Source: Candidatus Bathyarchaeum sp. | GTDB taxonomy: Archaea; Thermoproteota; Bathyarchaeia; Bathyarchaeales; Bathyarchaeaceae | Length of the DNA stretch: 29,523 nt | Direction of reading: 5' to 3' | NCBI GenBank assembly: GCA_026014495.1 | Contig: JAOZIF010000098.1 | Span: 1 to 29,523 of the forward strand | Part shown: one piece after another, positions 1 through 9,529 of the stretch | How the letters are laid out: each line of letters opens with the position of its first letter | Position numbering within the stretch: the stretch's first letter is position 1 | Notes under the pieces: generated by a model | What the model saw: the letters and a program-made list of their open reading frames with translations, nothing else | What the model was told of the DNA's origin: nothing | Databases searched by the model: none | Made by a program: the position numbers and the translations under genes

Positions 1-54
1 CCGGGTCTTCGGCTCGAAAGGCCGAAATACTTAACCTGACTATACTATCGGAGC
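1..54 (-). tRNA. tRNA-Glu(UUC), 3' part (T arm, acceptor 3' strand) cut off by the window start
   Basis: Reverse complement reads GCTCCGATAGTATAGTCAGGTTAAGTATTTCGGCCTTTCGAGCCGAAGACCCGG. Anticodon stem TCGGC/GCCGA encloses loop CT-TTC-GA, and the GCTCCG 5' end is typical of archaeal tRNA-Glu. No intron in the visible part. Confidence 0.93.
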
Positions 55-106
55 CTAAACCGAAACACCACCACATAAAACATACTTACGTTTTAACTTT
101 TCGACA

Positions 107-1384
107 TCAAAACGATATTTTCGCCGAAGAAGGCGTCCCGCCTATAACTTTGCTTGCAGCAACGCTTACTTTGTCAACGTATTTTTCGTCAGTGTAGACT
201 CTAAGAATGTTTATGAATCCCTTAAGAACATCAAAAACCGATGAGATGTCACTTAGTCGTAACGGAATCTTTTCTCCTGCTCGTGTCTTCTGAAAAACAG
301 GAATCTCCATAGGCTCAAGCAAATCAGAATGATGATACGGCACCGAAGGCACTGTCGGGACATCAATCATAATTACTTCAGGTTCAACTCCTGCCTCTTT
401 GGCAATCTTGTTTCTTACTTGCTCTCTAACCTCGTCAACACAGAAGATGCTTGTCACCATTTTCTCTTTCACGTGGAACGTTCTATCATAGGCGCACTTT
501 AGAAGCTTTCTTCGCTCCAAGTCCTTCATGATTCCGCTAGATTTTGGACATTCCCTGAGTTTAGTCCAAACAGTATAATCTGTTAACGCAAGATAGTCTT
601 CAGGAGAGTCAAAGTCAACTAAACCCAACTCGTCCTTTGCCGCTTCCATGGCAGACGCAAGCATTATCTGAGCAGCCCGTCCAACACGATGGAAATAGAT
701 GCTCCTAAACGATTCTAACCTAGCTAAAACAAAAGACTCAAGAGCAGACAGCGCTCCAACATCAACTGCAAGATTTTCGCCAAGAACATCTAGCATGTGA
801 ATTAACCGAAAAATGTCAACATATCCATATTCTGCGCCCGTGTGATATGTGTCTCTTACCACAAAGTCAAGCTTGTCTATGTCCACGGCGCTTTGGATAA
901 TCTGGTCCAAAAATGCTTTTTTTGGTCTACGCAGCTCCCCAACCGCGAGTTTTGCTACATCCTCAGAGCTACATCCGATGTTATTGATAATGTCATGCAG
1001 CTCAGATTCTTGGATAAGCCATTTGGTCATGTCTTCATGAGTTTTGTTTAGAAACTTAACAAGAAGATGCTCAAAAATGTGAGAAAATGGACCATGACCT
1101 ACATCATGAAGAAGAGACGCCATTCTGACAATTTGTATTTCGTCTTCTGAAAGAAGCAAAGAAAGATTCTGGTTTTCGCATAGTTTGCCTGCAAGGTGCA
1201 TAACCCCGATGCAGTGCTCAAAACGGGTGTGATTGGCTCCTGAATAAACAAACTCTGACCCAGCTAACTGTCTTAGTCGACGAAGCCTCTGAAATGGATA
1301 CGAATCAATCAGCTGCTTTTCTGCCTCAGTGATGTAAACATACCCGTGAACGGGGTCTTTAATCTCCCCCCAATATCGATGCAT
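107..1384 (-). CDS. HD-domain phosphohydrolase, dNTP triphosphohydrolase-like (COG1078/SAMHD1-like family)
   Basis: Motifs IKDPVHG, FQRLRRLRQL, HTRFEHCIG, LLHDVGHGPFSH, DIDKLDFVVRD and IYFH. Confidence 0.9.
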   Translation of the reverse strand: MHRYWGEIKDPVHGYVYITEAEKQLIDSYPFQRLRRLRQLAGSEFVYSGANHTRFEHCIGVMHLAGKLCENQNLSLLLSEDEIQIVRMASLLHDVGHGPFSHIFEHLLVKFLNKTHEDMTKWLIQESELHDIINNIGCSSEDVAKLAVGELRRPKKAFLDQIIQSAVDIDKLDFVVRDTYHTGAEYGYVDIFRLIHMLDVLGENLAVDVGALSALESFVLARLESFRSIYFHRVGRAAQIMLASAMEAAKDELGLVDFDSPEDYLALTDYTVWTKLRECPKSSGIMKDLERRKLLKCAYDRTFHVKEKMVTSIFCVDEVREQVRNKIAKEAGVEPEVIMIDVPTVPSVPYHHSDLLEPMEIPVFQKTRAGEKIPLRLSDISSVFDVLKGFINILRVYTDEKYVDKVSVAASKVIGGTPSSAKISF

Positions 1385-1470
1385 AGGGAACAGTTCTCCT
1401 TAACTTTGTCAATCATGAGCATCATTATTTAAGGTAATCGTTCATTAAATCAGAGAGGCGAAACCACAAA

Positions 1471-2079
1471 GTGACAAAGAAAGGACTTTTCATCTGCATC
1501 GAAGGTTTGGATGGCAGCGGAAAAACAACTCACGCCCACAAACTTGTGCGAAACCTAAACGAGAAAGGAATCGACGCAATATACACCACTGAACCCAGCA
1601 GAGGAGAACTAGGAACATTCATACGAGGAACAATTCTGGAAGGAAAAAAAAGAGTTCCAAGAGTCGTGGAAGCGGTTCTTTTTGCAGCTGACCGAGTAGA
1701 GCATCTTGAAAAGGATGTTAAACCAGCCATAGAAGAGGGAAAAGTTGTGGTTTCGGACAGGTGCGTTTATTCATCGCTTGCGTATCAGGGGGCTGCGGGG
1801 CTTGACCTAGAATGGATTGAAAAAATAAACAGTTTTGCTCTTCCAGCAGATTACGCAATATACATTGATGTGCCGCCAGAGGTTGTTGTGCAAAGAATAA
1901 GGCGCAAAAAGTCAGTAATGGAGAGACTTGAGACTCAACGGGAAGTACAAAAGGTTTACCTGAAATTTGTGAATAACGGGCAGCTCATATCTATTGATGG
2001 TGACCGAAAAAAAAGTGAAGTAGAACAGGGCATCTTGAGTATGGTCATGGAGTTTCTGGAAAACCACAGAACATCTTAA
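1471..2079 (+). CDS. tmk: Thymidylate kinase
   Basis: P-loop IEGLDGSGKTT, TTEP, LFAADR, DRCVYSSLAYQG. GTG start. Confidence 0.95.
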   Translation: MTKKGLFICIEGLDGSGKTTHAHKLVRNLNEKGIDAIYTTEPSRGELGTFIRGTILEGKKRVPRVVEAVLFAADRVEHLEKDVKPAIEEGKVVVSDRCVYSSLAYQGAAGLDLEWIEKINSFALPADYAIYIDVPPEVVVQRIRRKKSVMERLETQREVQKVYLKFVNNGQLISIDGDRKKSEVEQGILSMVMEFLENHRTS

Positions 2080-2105
2080 CAATGGTTGTTAATTGTTTTC
2101 GTTTC

Positions 2106-2681
2106 TTAGACGATGTATGAGTGATTCGGTTTTTCTAAATCTTTGATAAGTTCCATTGCTTGCTTGGGCGCTGTAAACCCCTTTAATGGAACATCTTTGA
2201 TTAAAACCCATGGAGTCTTTTCAGCTAGCATAGTAACTATGTGGTCACTTCCAAAACATTCTCTAGATACATCGCAGACTAGGGAACGAACCTCAGCCTC
2301 TGAGACGTGCCCCAATGCGTGGAGGTACTCATGGGTTAATATGCTGTACACAAACGCGTTGACAAGCTTTTTTGATTTTGTTACCGCCTCAACTATGTTG
2401 ACTAGACTTCGGTTTAGAACTATGTTGTTTGTGCCTAATTGGTGGTATGCACCCAAATGAAGAGGCAAATCATCCAAGAAAAGAAGCATGCGTAATCTTT
2501 GTTTGCCTAAACAATCTTTGACTGTTTGTTTTACTATCTCCCAAACTCCGCTAAAGCCTTCAGCTTCATCAATCATTGAACAATAGCGTTCAACGTTAAG
2601 CGACTGCTTTTTTGGCTTGGGCTCTTCGTCTCTTACTAGGCGGTTTGGTTCAAACTCAGAAAACAAACTTATCCCCATCAT
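2106..2681 (-). CDS. Putative zincin-like metallopeptidase (minimal HExxH protein)
   Basis: ILTHEYLHALGH motif preceded by GAYH...NNIVLN strands and followed by E-x-E-V. Start uncertain. Confidence 0.6.
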   Translation of the reverse strand: MMGISLFSEFEPNRLVRDEEPKPKKQSLNVERYCSMIDEAEGFSGVWEIVKQTVKDCLGKQRLRMLLFLDDLPLHLGAYHQLGTNNIVLNRSLVNIVEAVTKSKKLVNAFVYSILTHEYLHALGHVSEAEVRSLVCDVSRECFGSDHIVTMLAEKTPWVLIKDVPLKGFTAPKQAMELIKDLEKPNHSYIV

Positions 2682-2747
2682 TATTACCAGTTAGTAACTT
2701 CTCGGTATTTATACCTATCAGTTTTAAAACAAACCGCTGAAGACTCG

Positions 2748-3287
2748 TCACTCTTTTACGCTGATTTTCGCGAAATCTCCAAAAAATAGTGACGCCAGTT
2801 GCCTTTGGGACAATTCAAAGTTTATTTGCTTAATCAAAAAACTAGTTAACTCGTCCAATGGAACATGCTGAGTTCCCTTTTCATGGCGAATCCGCAACTC
2901 CAAAACGCCTTCTTGAAAGACAAAACGAAGCACGTGATAATCAAACCGCAAGGGAACCCGTTTACCGCCATCCCTGACAATATGATAGCGGACAATAAAG
3001 AAAAAATCTAAAGTTTCAAGTTCTGTTTCATTAACGCTTCTTAGCGATTGATCAAGTTCTGTTTGGTCTAAAAAATTGAAATCAAAGCCGTTAGCTACGC
3101 CAAACTCGAAGCCAACTTCACAGTTCTGTGTTAAATATGGGGTTACGGCACTCAACTCAAAGACTTTACTGTTTAATCGATGAAATGCATAAAGAATCGC
3201 CAGTTGAATGTTCTTTACAGCTGTCTGGTACTGAAAACGAGCTACTCCATGGATGTTCACGGGAAAATTTTCGTAACGCCCAAACAA
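2748..3287 (-). CDS. Hypothetical protein
   Basis: 179-aa ORF co-directional with its neighbours, with 24- and 66-nt spacers; no motif recognised. Confidence 0.7.
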   Translation of the reverse strand: MFGRYENFPVNIHGVARFQYQTAVKNIQLAILYAFHRLNSKVFELSAVTPYLTQNCEVGFEFGVANGFDFNFLDQTELDQSLRSVNETELETLDFFFIVRYHIVRDGGKRVPLRFDYHVLRFVFQEGVLELRIRHEKGTQHVPLDELTSFLIKQINFELSQRQLASLFFGDFAKISVKE

Positions 3288-3311
3288 AACAAACGCCTTT
3301 ACGGTTCTAAA

Positions 3312-3665
3312 CTACTTTTTCATAGCTCGAATCTTTTCAAGGCTCTCCAGAAGAGTTGACAGAGTTGTTCCGAGCTTCGTGAGTTTTTCCGCATCAGTTT
3401 CATCTGCTAACTGTTTTTCGATTTGCTGAATTTTCCCCATAATAGTTGTTTCTAGACTAGAAAAAACTGGGGCATCAGATGCCTTGGGTTCAGGCTCGCC
3501 TTCTCTCACGATTATCACGCGCTTTTGGCAACTAGCACACCACAAGTCATTGCTTTTTAGTTTGAATAGCGGCGAAGAACAGGCGGGGCAGGCATGTTCC
3601 GTGAGTGTGGCTCCTTGCCTAAGTAAATCCGCCATAACCTTAATGTTTTCTGAATTTTTAGCCAT
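3312..3665 (-). CDS. UPF0148 / Sjogren's syndrome-scleroderma autoantigen 1 family Zn-ribbon protein
   Basis: MADLLRQGATLTEHACPACSSPLF...LWCASC (two CxxC) plus a C-terminal helical hairpin. Start moved to ATG 3665, which follows a GAGGA SD. Confidence 0.85.
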   Translation of the reverse strand: MAKNSENIKVMADLLRQGATLTEHACPACSSPLFKLKSNDLWCASCQKRVIIVREGEPEPKASDAPVFSSLETTIMGKIQQIEKQLADETDAEKLTKLGTTLSTLLESLEKIRAMKK

Positions 3666-4012
3666 GTCAAATCCTCTTTTGAACAAGCCCTCAGATAGAA
3701 TATATCTTATAGGTTAATTAACTATCTATATTACCTGTTTCACGCAAAACGTAAAAACACAATGAACACAACATTCACGCTGTCATTGAGCGTAAACACT
3801 TTTCAAGCACGATTACAATATGTGCTACAAAAGATCTTCTAGTTAGCATGTCAATCATCACAAAGAAAATGGTTTTGCTGAGGCTCCTGCACGGGTGCAT
3901 TAAGAGGAGAAAAAATGAAAACGACAAACAGCTACTATCGCTTTAGTTATTTTCATTTTCCGTGCCTGAGCCTTTTCAGCCCCATTTTCTTTTGAATGTA
4001 AGTTTTATTCCC

Positions 4013-4040
4013 AAAAAAAGAAGGGAGGGAAAATTTTTGG
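4013..4040 (-). terminator. Archaeal U-rich terminator of the PQQ-propeller gene
   Basis: The minus strand reads CCAAAAATTTTCCCTCCCTTCTTTTTTT (pyrimidine tract ending in T7) just after the stop at 4042. Confidence 0.55.
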
Positions 4041-4041
4041 G

Positions 4042-6543
4042 TTATTTCCTCTTTCGTATTACAAAGATACCTACTGCGGCGATTATCGCTGCAATGACAA
4101 CTGCGGCTATGATTGCAGTTTCTGTTGCGATTGTTGAGGCTTCAGTTACGGGTTCTTCTGTCTCGGTTAGAGGCTCTTCTGTATCAGGGGTCTCAGTGTC
4201 TGGGGTTTCAGTGTCAGGCTCTATTGGAGTTGAAGGTGAAGTCGCAGGGTCTACAGTTATGTAAGTTGTCGATGTAGAGCCATAATATGATTCAGATCCT
4301 CCAAATGTGGCAATTATCATGTATGTGCCTTCAACTTCAGGCTCAAATGCAAAACCGTAGTTACCATATGAATCGCTTGTAGTCGTGCCGAGATTTTGGT
4401 AGTTGTTGTTAGGATCAACAGCTTCTAATGTTACTGTAACGCCTGTTGCACCTGCTGGGCGCTCAGCTTGTTGGTAAACGTACTCCATCCATTCACTCAT
4501 TACAGCATCAGATACGGCAGGAACTCCATTTGGGAATCTTATTGCAATTGCAGAGTCTTCCGTGCCTGGAGATATATCCATCACAGTGCCTTCTAGTAGT
4601 ACGCTGCTTCCATGTACTGAAACTTTTGGTGAAGCGGTTAGTGTTATTGAGCTTGCTCCTTTACCTATGGCATATATTTGCTGGTCGTAAGTGTTCAATG
4701 CTGCTATTGTGCTATCCCCGATAACTGCAGTTCCGCCCCAGAAAGACCCAGCGAATGTTATGGACCAAACTAAGTCTCCAGTTTCTGCGTCAAGACAAAA
4801 GAATGGTGCACCACGTGCGTTAGGATTAATGGGTGAATGTTCCATATAGGACACGTAAACTTTTCCGGCTGTGACAAAGTGGAATCCGATAGGCCAGTTG
4901 TTGCCCCACAAGTTTTCCGAGTATTCATCTACAGTGTCGTAACTCCAAAGCAATTTCCCCGTCGTTATGTTGTAACAGTTTACTACTCCACTGTATCTAC
5001 CGGTATAGAATCTACCATAAGCTATAGCAGGACCATACCATTTGTCATATAACGCCAGTTGTGTCTCGGGTTCAGTTTCCCAAAGCAACTCACCTGTTTC
5101 AAGGCTGAAACCATAGTATTTACGGTTCTCTTTTGCAGATAAAATGAAAACACCATCTTCTGCACTCGCATCAGTGTAGCCTAGAGTTAGGTCGCCCGAA
5201 GGCACAGTCCAAGTTGTATTATACAGTATTGTCCCTTCTTGCCCGGGCTCCATGCTAATAGCCCAATATGTAACTGTTGCAGCAGTTGTTCCAAACATTC
5301 CAGTTGTTGCACCGATTATTTTGTCTTCAAAGAAATATTCACAAACACTACCAGACAATCCTGTTGGTATTGTCTTGTTCCACTCTATTCCAAGTGTAGC
5401 ATCAAATGTATTTCCCACAGCGCTAGAGCCCCAACTTCCTTCGTCTGAAACAACTCTGCTTGAGTTCCAAAGAGTCACCCATCCATTAACAAGATCTACA
5501 GTGTATCTGTAAATTTCGCCCTTTGAACCATACAGATTGGAACCTGAAGGCACATTAGTCATGCTGTATTCCCAACGTCCAGTAAGCGCATCATACGCGT
5601 TCCAAGTAGTGCCGCTGGTTGTCCACAAATAGTCAAAAGCACCATGGTAGTTATAGGAGTCCCAATAAAACACTTGACCAAAAGATAGCCGCTCGTTGTC
5701 GCCTAATACTTTGCACCATAATTCTTCGCCAGTTTTCAGCTCAACTGCAACAACTTCCTGAACGACATTAGTACCGCCATCAGAATTGTACCGATTGTAG
5801 TAAAGTACTCCATTAATAATCACGGTGCCTGAGAAGAACCCTTCATATGCATCTCCTGTTTCATATTGCACATTAGCAAGTTCACCGCCAACAAGCCCTC
5901 CTGTCGCCAAAGTCTTTGTCCACAATATGTGAGAAGTTTCAGGCGCATCTTCATTGTATGGAATATATTTTGACACAGGAGGTAAGGTAAAGCCTCCAGC
6001 AGCTTCTAGCCAGTTTCCTGCAAGCGCTGACCATTCCCAATATTGAGCATTTATAGGACGCGTCCAGTATTCAGTTGGAAGCGATGTACCTGGATAATAT
6101 TCTAGTGGGTCCTCTTGTACAATTAGTTCTAGTGTTCCACTGTCGCTGGCTAAATATGTTATACCATTGTATTCCTGTTCAGGGAAGTGTGACTGCACGT
6201 AGTATGTTCCAACAATTGTAGGTGTGTATACGTAACCTGTTCCACCTGTCGCATCTGTTGTGATTGGCCCAAGCGTTTCATTTTCCCCGTCAGGTCTTGT
6301 GACAGTAATGGACATACCTTCCCATCCATCACCTGCAGTTGAGAGATAGTCTGGAATTCCTACATGAATTAATACTTCTTGGTTAACGCCCACGGGATTA
6401 GGCGTAGCACCAATGAAAGCGTATGTCGTCCTAGTTGATGTCTGTGCAGTTGTAGTTGGTAAAGCAACTAACATAGCAGAAACGGTTAACAACGCAATTA
6501 AAGTGATAGTAGATGCTTTGAATTTATTTTGTATATTATTCAT
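4042..6543 (-). CDS. Secreted, C-terminally membrane-anchored PQQ-like beta-propeller repeat protein (cell-surface protein)
   Basis: N-terminal signal peptide; repeats LKTGEELW, LETGELLW, ITTGKLLW, AETGDLVW; Ig-like end domains (TVTRPDG, YGNYGFAFEP); T/E/P linker; C-terminal TM helix followed by RKRK. GGTGA SD upstream. Confidence 0.88.
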   Translation of the reverse strand: MNNIQNKFKASTITLIALLTVSAMLVALPTTTAQTSTRTTYAFIGATPNPVGVNQEVLIHVGIPDYLSTAGDGWEGMSITVTRPDGENETLGPITTDATGGTGYVYTPTIVGTYYVQSHFPEQEYNGITYLASDSGTLELIVQEDPLEYYPGTSLPTEYWTRPINAQYWEWSALAGNWLEAAGGFTLPPVSKYIPYNEDAPETSHILWTKTLATGGLVGGELANVQYETGDAYEGFFSGTVIINGVLYYNRYNSDGGTNVVQEVVAVELKTGEELWCKVLGDNERLSFGQVFYWDSYNYHGAFDYLWTTSGTTWNAYDALTGRWEYSMTNVPSGSNLYGSKGEIYRYTVDLVNGWVTLWNSSRVVSDEGSWGSSAVGNTFDATLGIEWNKTIPTGLSGSVCEYFFEDKIIGATTGMFGTTAATVTYWAISMEPGQEGTILYNTTWTVPSGDLTLGYTDASAEDGVFILSAKENRKYYGFSLETGELLWETEPETQLALYDKWYGPAIAYGRFYTGRYSGVVNCYNITTGKLLWSYDTVDEYSENLWGNNWPIGFHFVTAGKVYVSYMEHSPINPNARGAPFFCLDAETGDLVWSITFAGSFWGGTAVIGDSTIAALNTYDQQIYAIGKGASSITLTASPKVSVHGSSVLLEGTVMDISPGTEDSAIAIRFPNGVPAVSDAVMSEWMEYVYQQAERPAGATGVTVTLEAVDPNNNYQNLGTTTSDSYGNYGFAFEPEVEGTYMIIATFGGSESYYGSTSTTYITVDPATSPSTPIEPDTETPDTETPDTEEPLTETEEPVTEASTIATETAIIAAVVIAAIIAAVGIFVIRKRK
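4140..4225 (-). repeat. Imperfect 15-nt coding tandem repeat (PDTET-PDTET-PDTEE-PLTETEE-PVTE linker)
   Basis: Minus strand CCTGACACTGAAACC CCAGACACTGAGACC CCTGATACAGAAGAG, lying in the stalk of the surface protein. Confidence 0.75.
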
Positions 6544-7002
6544 TTGTTTTTTTCACCTGTTTTTTGTTTTATTTTTTTGAAGAGATTGAATAATCAATGA
6601 AAAAATCTATCTCTTCATGAGGACTAAATACGGTACATTAAAATTTAATTCTTTGAACGTCCTGCCATGACGGATAAAATAAACCACAAGTCAAATTAAT
6701 AGTTTGATTTTAAGAGCAAACATGGAGAAAAATGAGAAAAACAAACACTAATCAAGGCTAACACGCAGACAGAACATTGTTTACCTTTGCACCATTAAAT
6801 CAATAACATCAACAACAAAAACAATTCAAATCGTGTCAAGATTAAGACGAACAAACATCTACTGCATAATCCCCAACTACACGAAATTGGATTAATTGAT
6901 AAAAATAAGATGCATCATACAAACGACATAAAGCGTCGTCTATTTTAGGATAAGATTAAATACGCTGCGTTTCGTTTAAGCTGTGGTATAGGAGGCTTCT
7001 AC

Positions 7003-7281
7003 ATGGTACGCAAAAAGAAATTAGAGGAATACGAGGAAAGAATTAAAGAAGCCATGAATGTTCTGGGTATGGTTTCCGAAGATACTACGACTCCACGTAA
7101 CATAAGAAGAGCAGCAAAACAGTCAATTACAGCTCTTCAACTTTTAGATAACACGCCAGCAGTCAGAGCAGCAAATGCAATATCTATTCTTGACGAAATC
7201 TTGCAGGACCCCAACATGCCCCCATACAGCAGAGTAAAACTCTGGAACGTCATGAGTCTACTCGAAGCAATCAAAGACTAA
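7003..7281 (+). CDS. UPF0147 family protein
   Basis: DTTTPRNIRRAA, AANAISILDEILQDPNMPPYSRVKLWNVMSLLE. AGGAGG SD upstream. Confidence 0.9.
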   Translation: MVRKKKLEEYEERIKEAMNVLGMVSEDTTTPRNIRRAAKQSITALQLLDNTPAVRAANAISILDEILQDPNMPPYSRVKLWNVMSLLEAIKD

Positions 7282-7290
7282 ACCTTTTTA

Positions 7291-7322
7291 GTAAATTTGG
7301 GCTCTTTTTTTAGCCCAATTAC
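7291..7322 (+). terminator. Hairpin with T-rich loop after the UPF0147 stop
   Basis: GTAAATTTGGGCT-CTTTTTTT-AGCCCAATTAC: 7-bp perfect TTGGGCT/AGCCCAA stem, extendable with bulges. Confidence 0.45.
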
Positions 7323-7580
7323 TTTAGTGTTCAAAAAATACATGGGGCTTCAGTCTTTTCTTTCCTATTTTTTCATGGTCAGTCTTCTTTTGGTTGAGCA
7401 ACATTCTTGATTACTAGTAAACTTGACTGTGCCTACTCTGGGCTTCCTGGTTCTAGAGACAATAAAATACAAGTTAGTTTATGCTTTGAGTGATATTTGT
7501 GCATAAAAGCTTTTGACATAGAACATATATCACGTATTTAGCAGAACCGTTTGTTGCAAAAATTCTGAAAGGATGATAGC

Positions 7581-8219
7581 ATGAACAAGTTCGATAGAGA
7601 CATAGAAATTCTATCAGCCAAACTGAACATGGACACAAACAAAGAAGCTCAAAAAAAACTGGACATTCTAAAAAATAAGCTAATCAAGATGCATGAAGAG
7701 AATGTTGTCAAGATTAATCATTCAGTAATGGAGCTGGTTTGCGCCAAACATTTGGTCCTTAAGGGCTACGATGTGGACATTGAGCGCCCTGTAGATGGAT
7801 TAGTATGTGACCTGTACGGAGTGAAGGGCTTAGGCTCTCATATTGTCGAGATAGAAACTGGATTTATTCCTCCAAGTCACGCTCTTGATCCTGCTAACTA
7901 CCGCAAGTCACGGATAGCAAGCAAAATAATCAGGTACGGCAATCACTCAGAAAAGTTTGCTTTAGGTGTTCCACCATATTATCTGTTACAAATTCCTGAT
8001 ATACTTGTGAAGCCGCCTAGAGCAAGAACAAAAGAAGACCTGAATTACCTCAAAACGCTCTGTGACCTATACTACAAAAATCCTCCTGTTAGTTTTGACG
8101 AAATCAGAAATGCTCGTATTCACACAATCTACATAATAGATGTGGATGGCATATCTGTGAGAGAAATTGACCCTGTAACATACATTGAGAAAAGGTCTGC
8201 TTTTTCGTCAGTAACATAA
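7581..8219 (+). CDS. Hypothetical protein with PD-(D/E)XK-like nuclease motifs
   Basis: H..MEL helix, GYDVDIE, CDLY and VEIETG arranged as in a restriction-endonuclease-like core (ExE variant). Confidence 0.6.
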   Translation: MNKFDRDIEILSAKLNMDTNKEAQKKLDILKNKLIKMHEENVVKINHSVMELVCAKHLVLKGYDVDIERPVDGLVCDLYGVKGLGSHIVEIETGFIPPSHALDPANYRKSRIASKIIRYGNHSEKFALGVPPYYLLQIPDILVKPPRARTKEDLNYLKTLCDLYYKNPPVSFDEIRNARIHTIYIIDVDGISVREIDPVTYIEKRSAFSSVT

Positions 8220-8290
8220 ACAGAAATGTTCTACTCAAAAACTAAGATTCTTATGTTTCACACACCTATTTTAACCGTGGTGAACAAAGA

Positions 8291-9070
8291 ATGGTGACCG
8301 TTTCCGCAAATCTGATACAGGCTCATCTTGATAATCCAAAAGTGGAGCAGATGTTCCAGTTAATGGAAAATGATGTGGAAATTCAGAGTACTCTTCGAAT
8401 GTCAAACGTGATGGCTGTGGAACGGCTAAAATACAATGACCACGGTCCAGTTCACGCCAAAATCGTTGCAGGAAGTGCCCTAGAAATTTTTAACCTCCTA
8501 ATACAGCAAGTCACGCCTTCAACAGTTCAAAATAATGTTTGCTCTCTTGAAGACGCTAAGGTTGTTGTTCTTTGTGGTTCATACCTTCATGACTTAGGGA
8601 ACAGCATTCACCGTGTTGACCATACCTTCCACAGTTGTATCCTAGCAAATCCTATCTTGGATCGGCTTCTCAAAACTGTTTATCCAAAAGATGCGGCGCT
8701 TGTGGTTAGGTTAAAGTCTGAGATACTTCACGCAATTTTTGCTCACGAAGAGGAAGTTAACTGCTTAAGTATAGAAGCTGGAGCAGCAAAGATAGCCGAT
8801 GGAACAGATATGGCTAGAGGACGGACCAGAATCCCTTATCGAACAGGAAAAGTGGACATTCACTCGCTTTCTGCGTTGTCTATTACACAAGTGGAAATCG
8901 AAAAGGGACAACACAAGCCTGTCCAACTCTTTGTAAACATGAACAACCCAGCGGGCGTATTCCAAATCGAAGAAGTTTTAGAAAAAAAAATTCAGACCTC
9001 AGGCATACAACATCTAGTTGACGTTATAGCATTAGAAAAGGGAATACAAATAAGACGAAGCAAAGCTTGA
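8291..9070 (+). CDS. HD-superfamily phosphohydrolase (COG3294-like)
   Basis: YNDHGPVHAKIV, YLHDLGNSIHR, ILHAIFAH, IADGTDMARGRTR, DIHSLSA, AGVFQIE. Confidence 0.85.
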   Translation: MVTVSANLIQAHLDNPKVEQMFQLMENDVEIQSTLRMSNVMAVERLKYNDHGPVHAKIVAGSALEIFNLLIQQVTPSTVQNNVCSLEDAKVVVLCGSYLHDLGNSIHRVDHTFHSCILANPILDRLLKTVYPKDAALVVRLKSEILHAIFAHEEEVNCLSIEAGAAKIADGTDMARGRTRIPYRTGKVDIHSLSALSITQVEIEKGQHKPVQLFVNMNNPAGVFQIEEVLEKKIQTSGIQHLVDVIALEKGIQIRRSKA

Positions 9071-9529
9071 TAAAGACCATCAGCCGTGAAACCTTTTTTC
9101 TATTCTTTAAGCGTATGAAATTTTGGTAAACAAGAAAAAACAAGGGCAATCGAACTACAGTAACACGTTTGCATATACCTAAATTAGTCAGCAAATTTTT
9201 TGTCAAGAAATATTTACAAGACGGAATCTTTCGTAGGTCAAGAAACCTTGACAAAAACCGTTTTATTCAAAGTAACTCGTTTTGTAATCGGGGCAATATT
9301 ACTATGTTTACAAAAAAGTGCCATCACAAAACCTGTAAGGGAATTAATTCTTGGAGAGCTGGATGCCTATTAGGAGACTAATAGAGGTACATTGTTTAAA
9401 ACAGTGTTTTTTCGGAAAAACGTGGAACACCAAAGTTATGGTCTGAAAAATGAAGCGCCCTCACAGCTTACGTAGAATGTGCTTGGCTGTGAACTGGTTA
9501 ACATTCGGGTATTAAGAAGAGTGAATTGG

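Noticed and set aside
3700-3730. Near-palindrome ATAG(G)TTAATTAACTAT upstream of UPF0148
   Set aside because: Almost entirely A/T and overlapping the likely TATA region, so it is expected by chance.
9024-9381. Two short ORFs (9024-9254 minus, 9169-9381 plus) in the gap after the HD gene
   Set aside because: They overlap each other, have no SD or motif and are AT-rich, so they are treated as intergenic.
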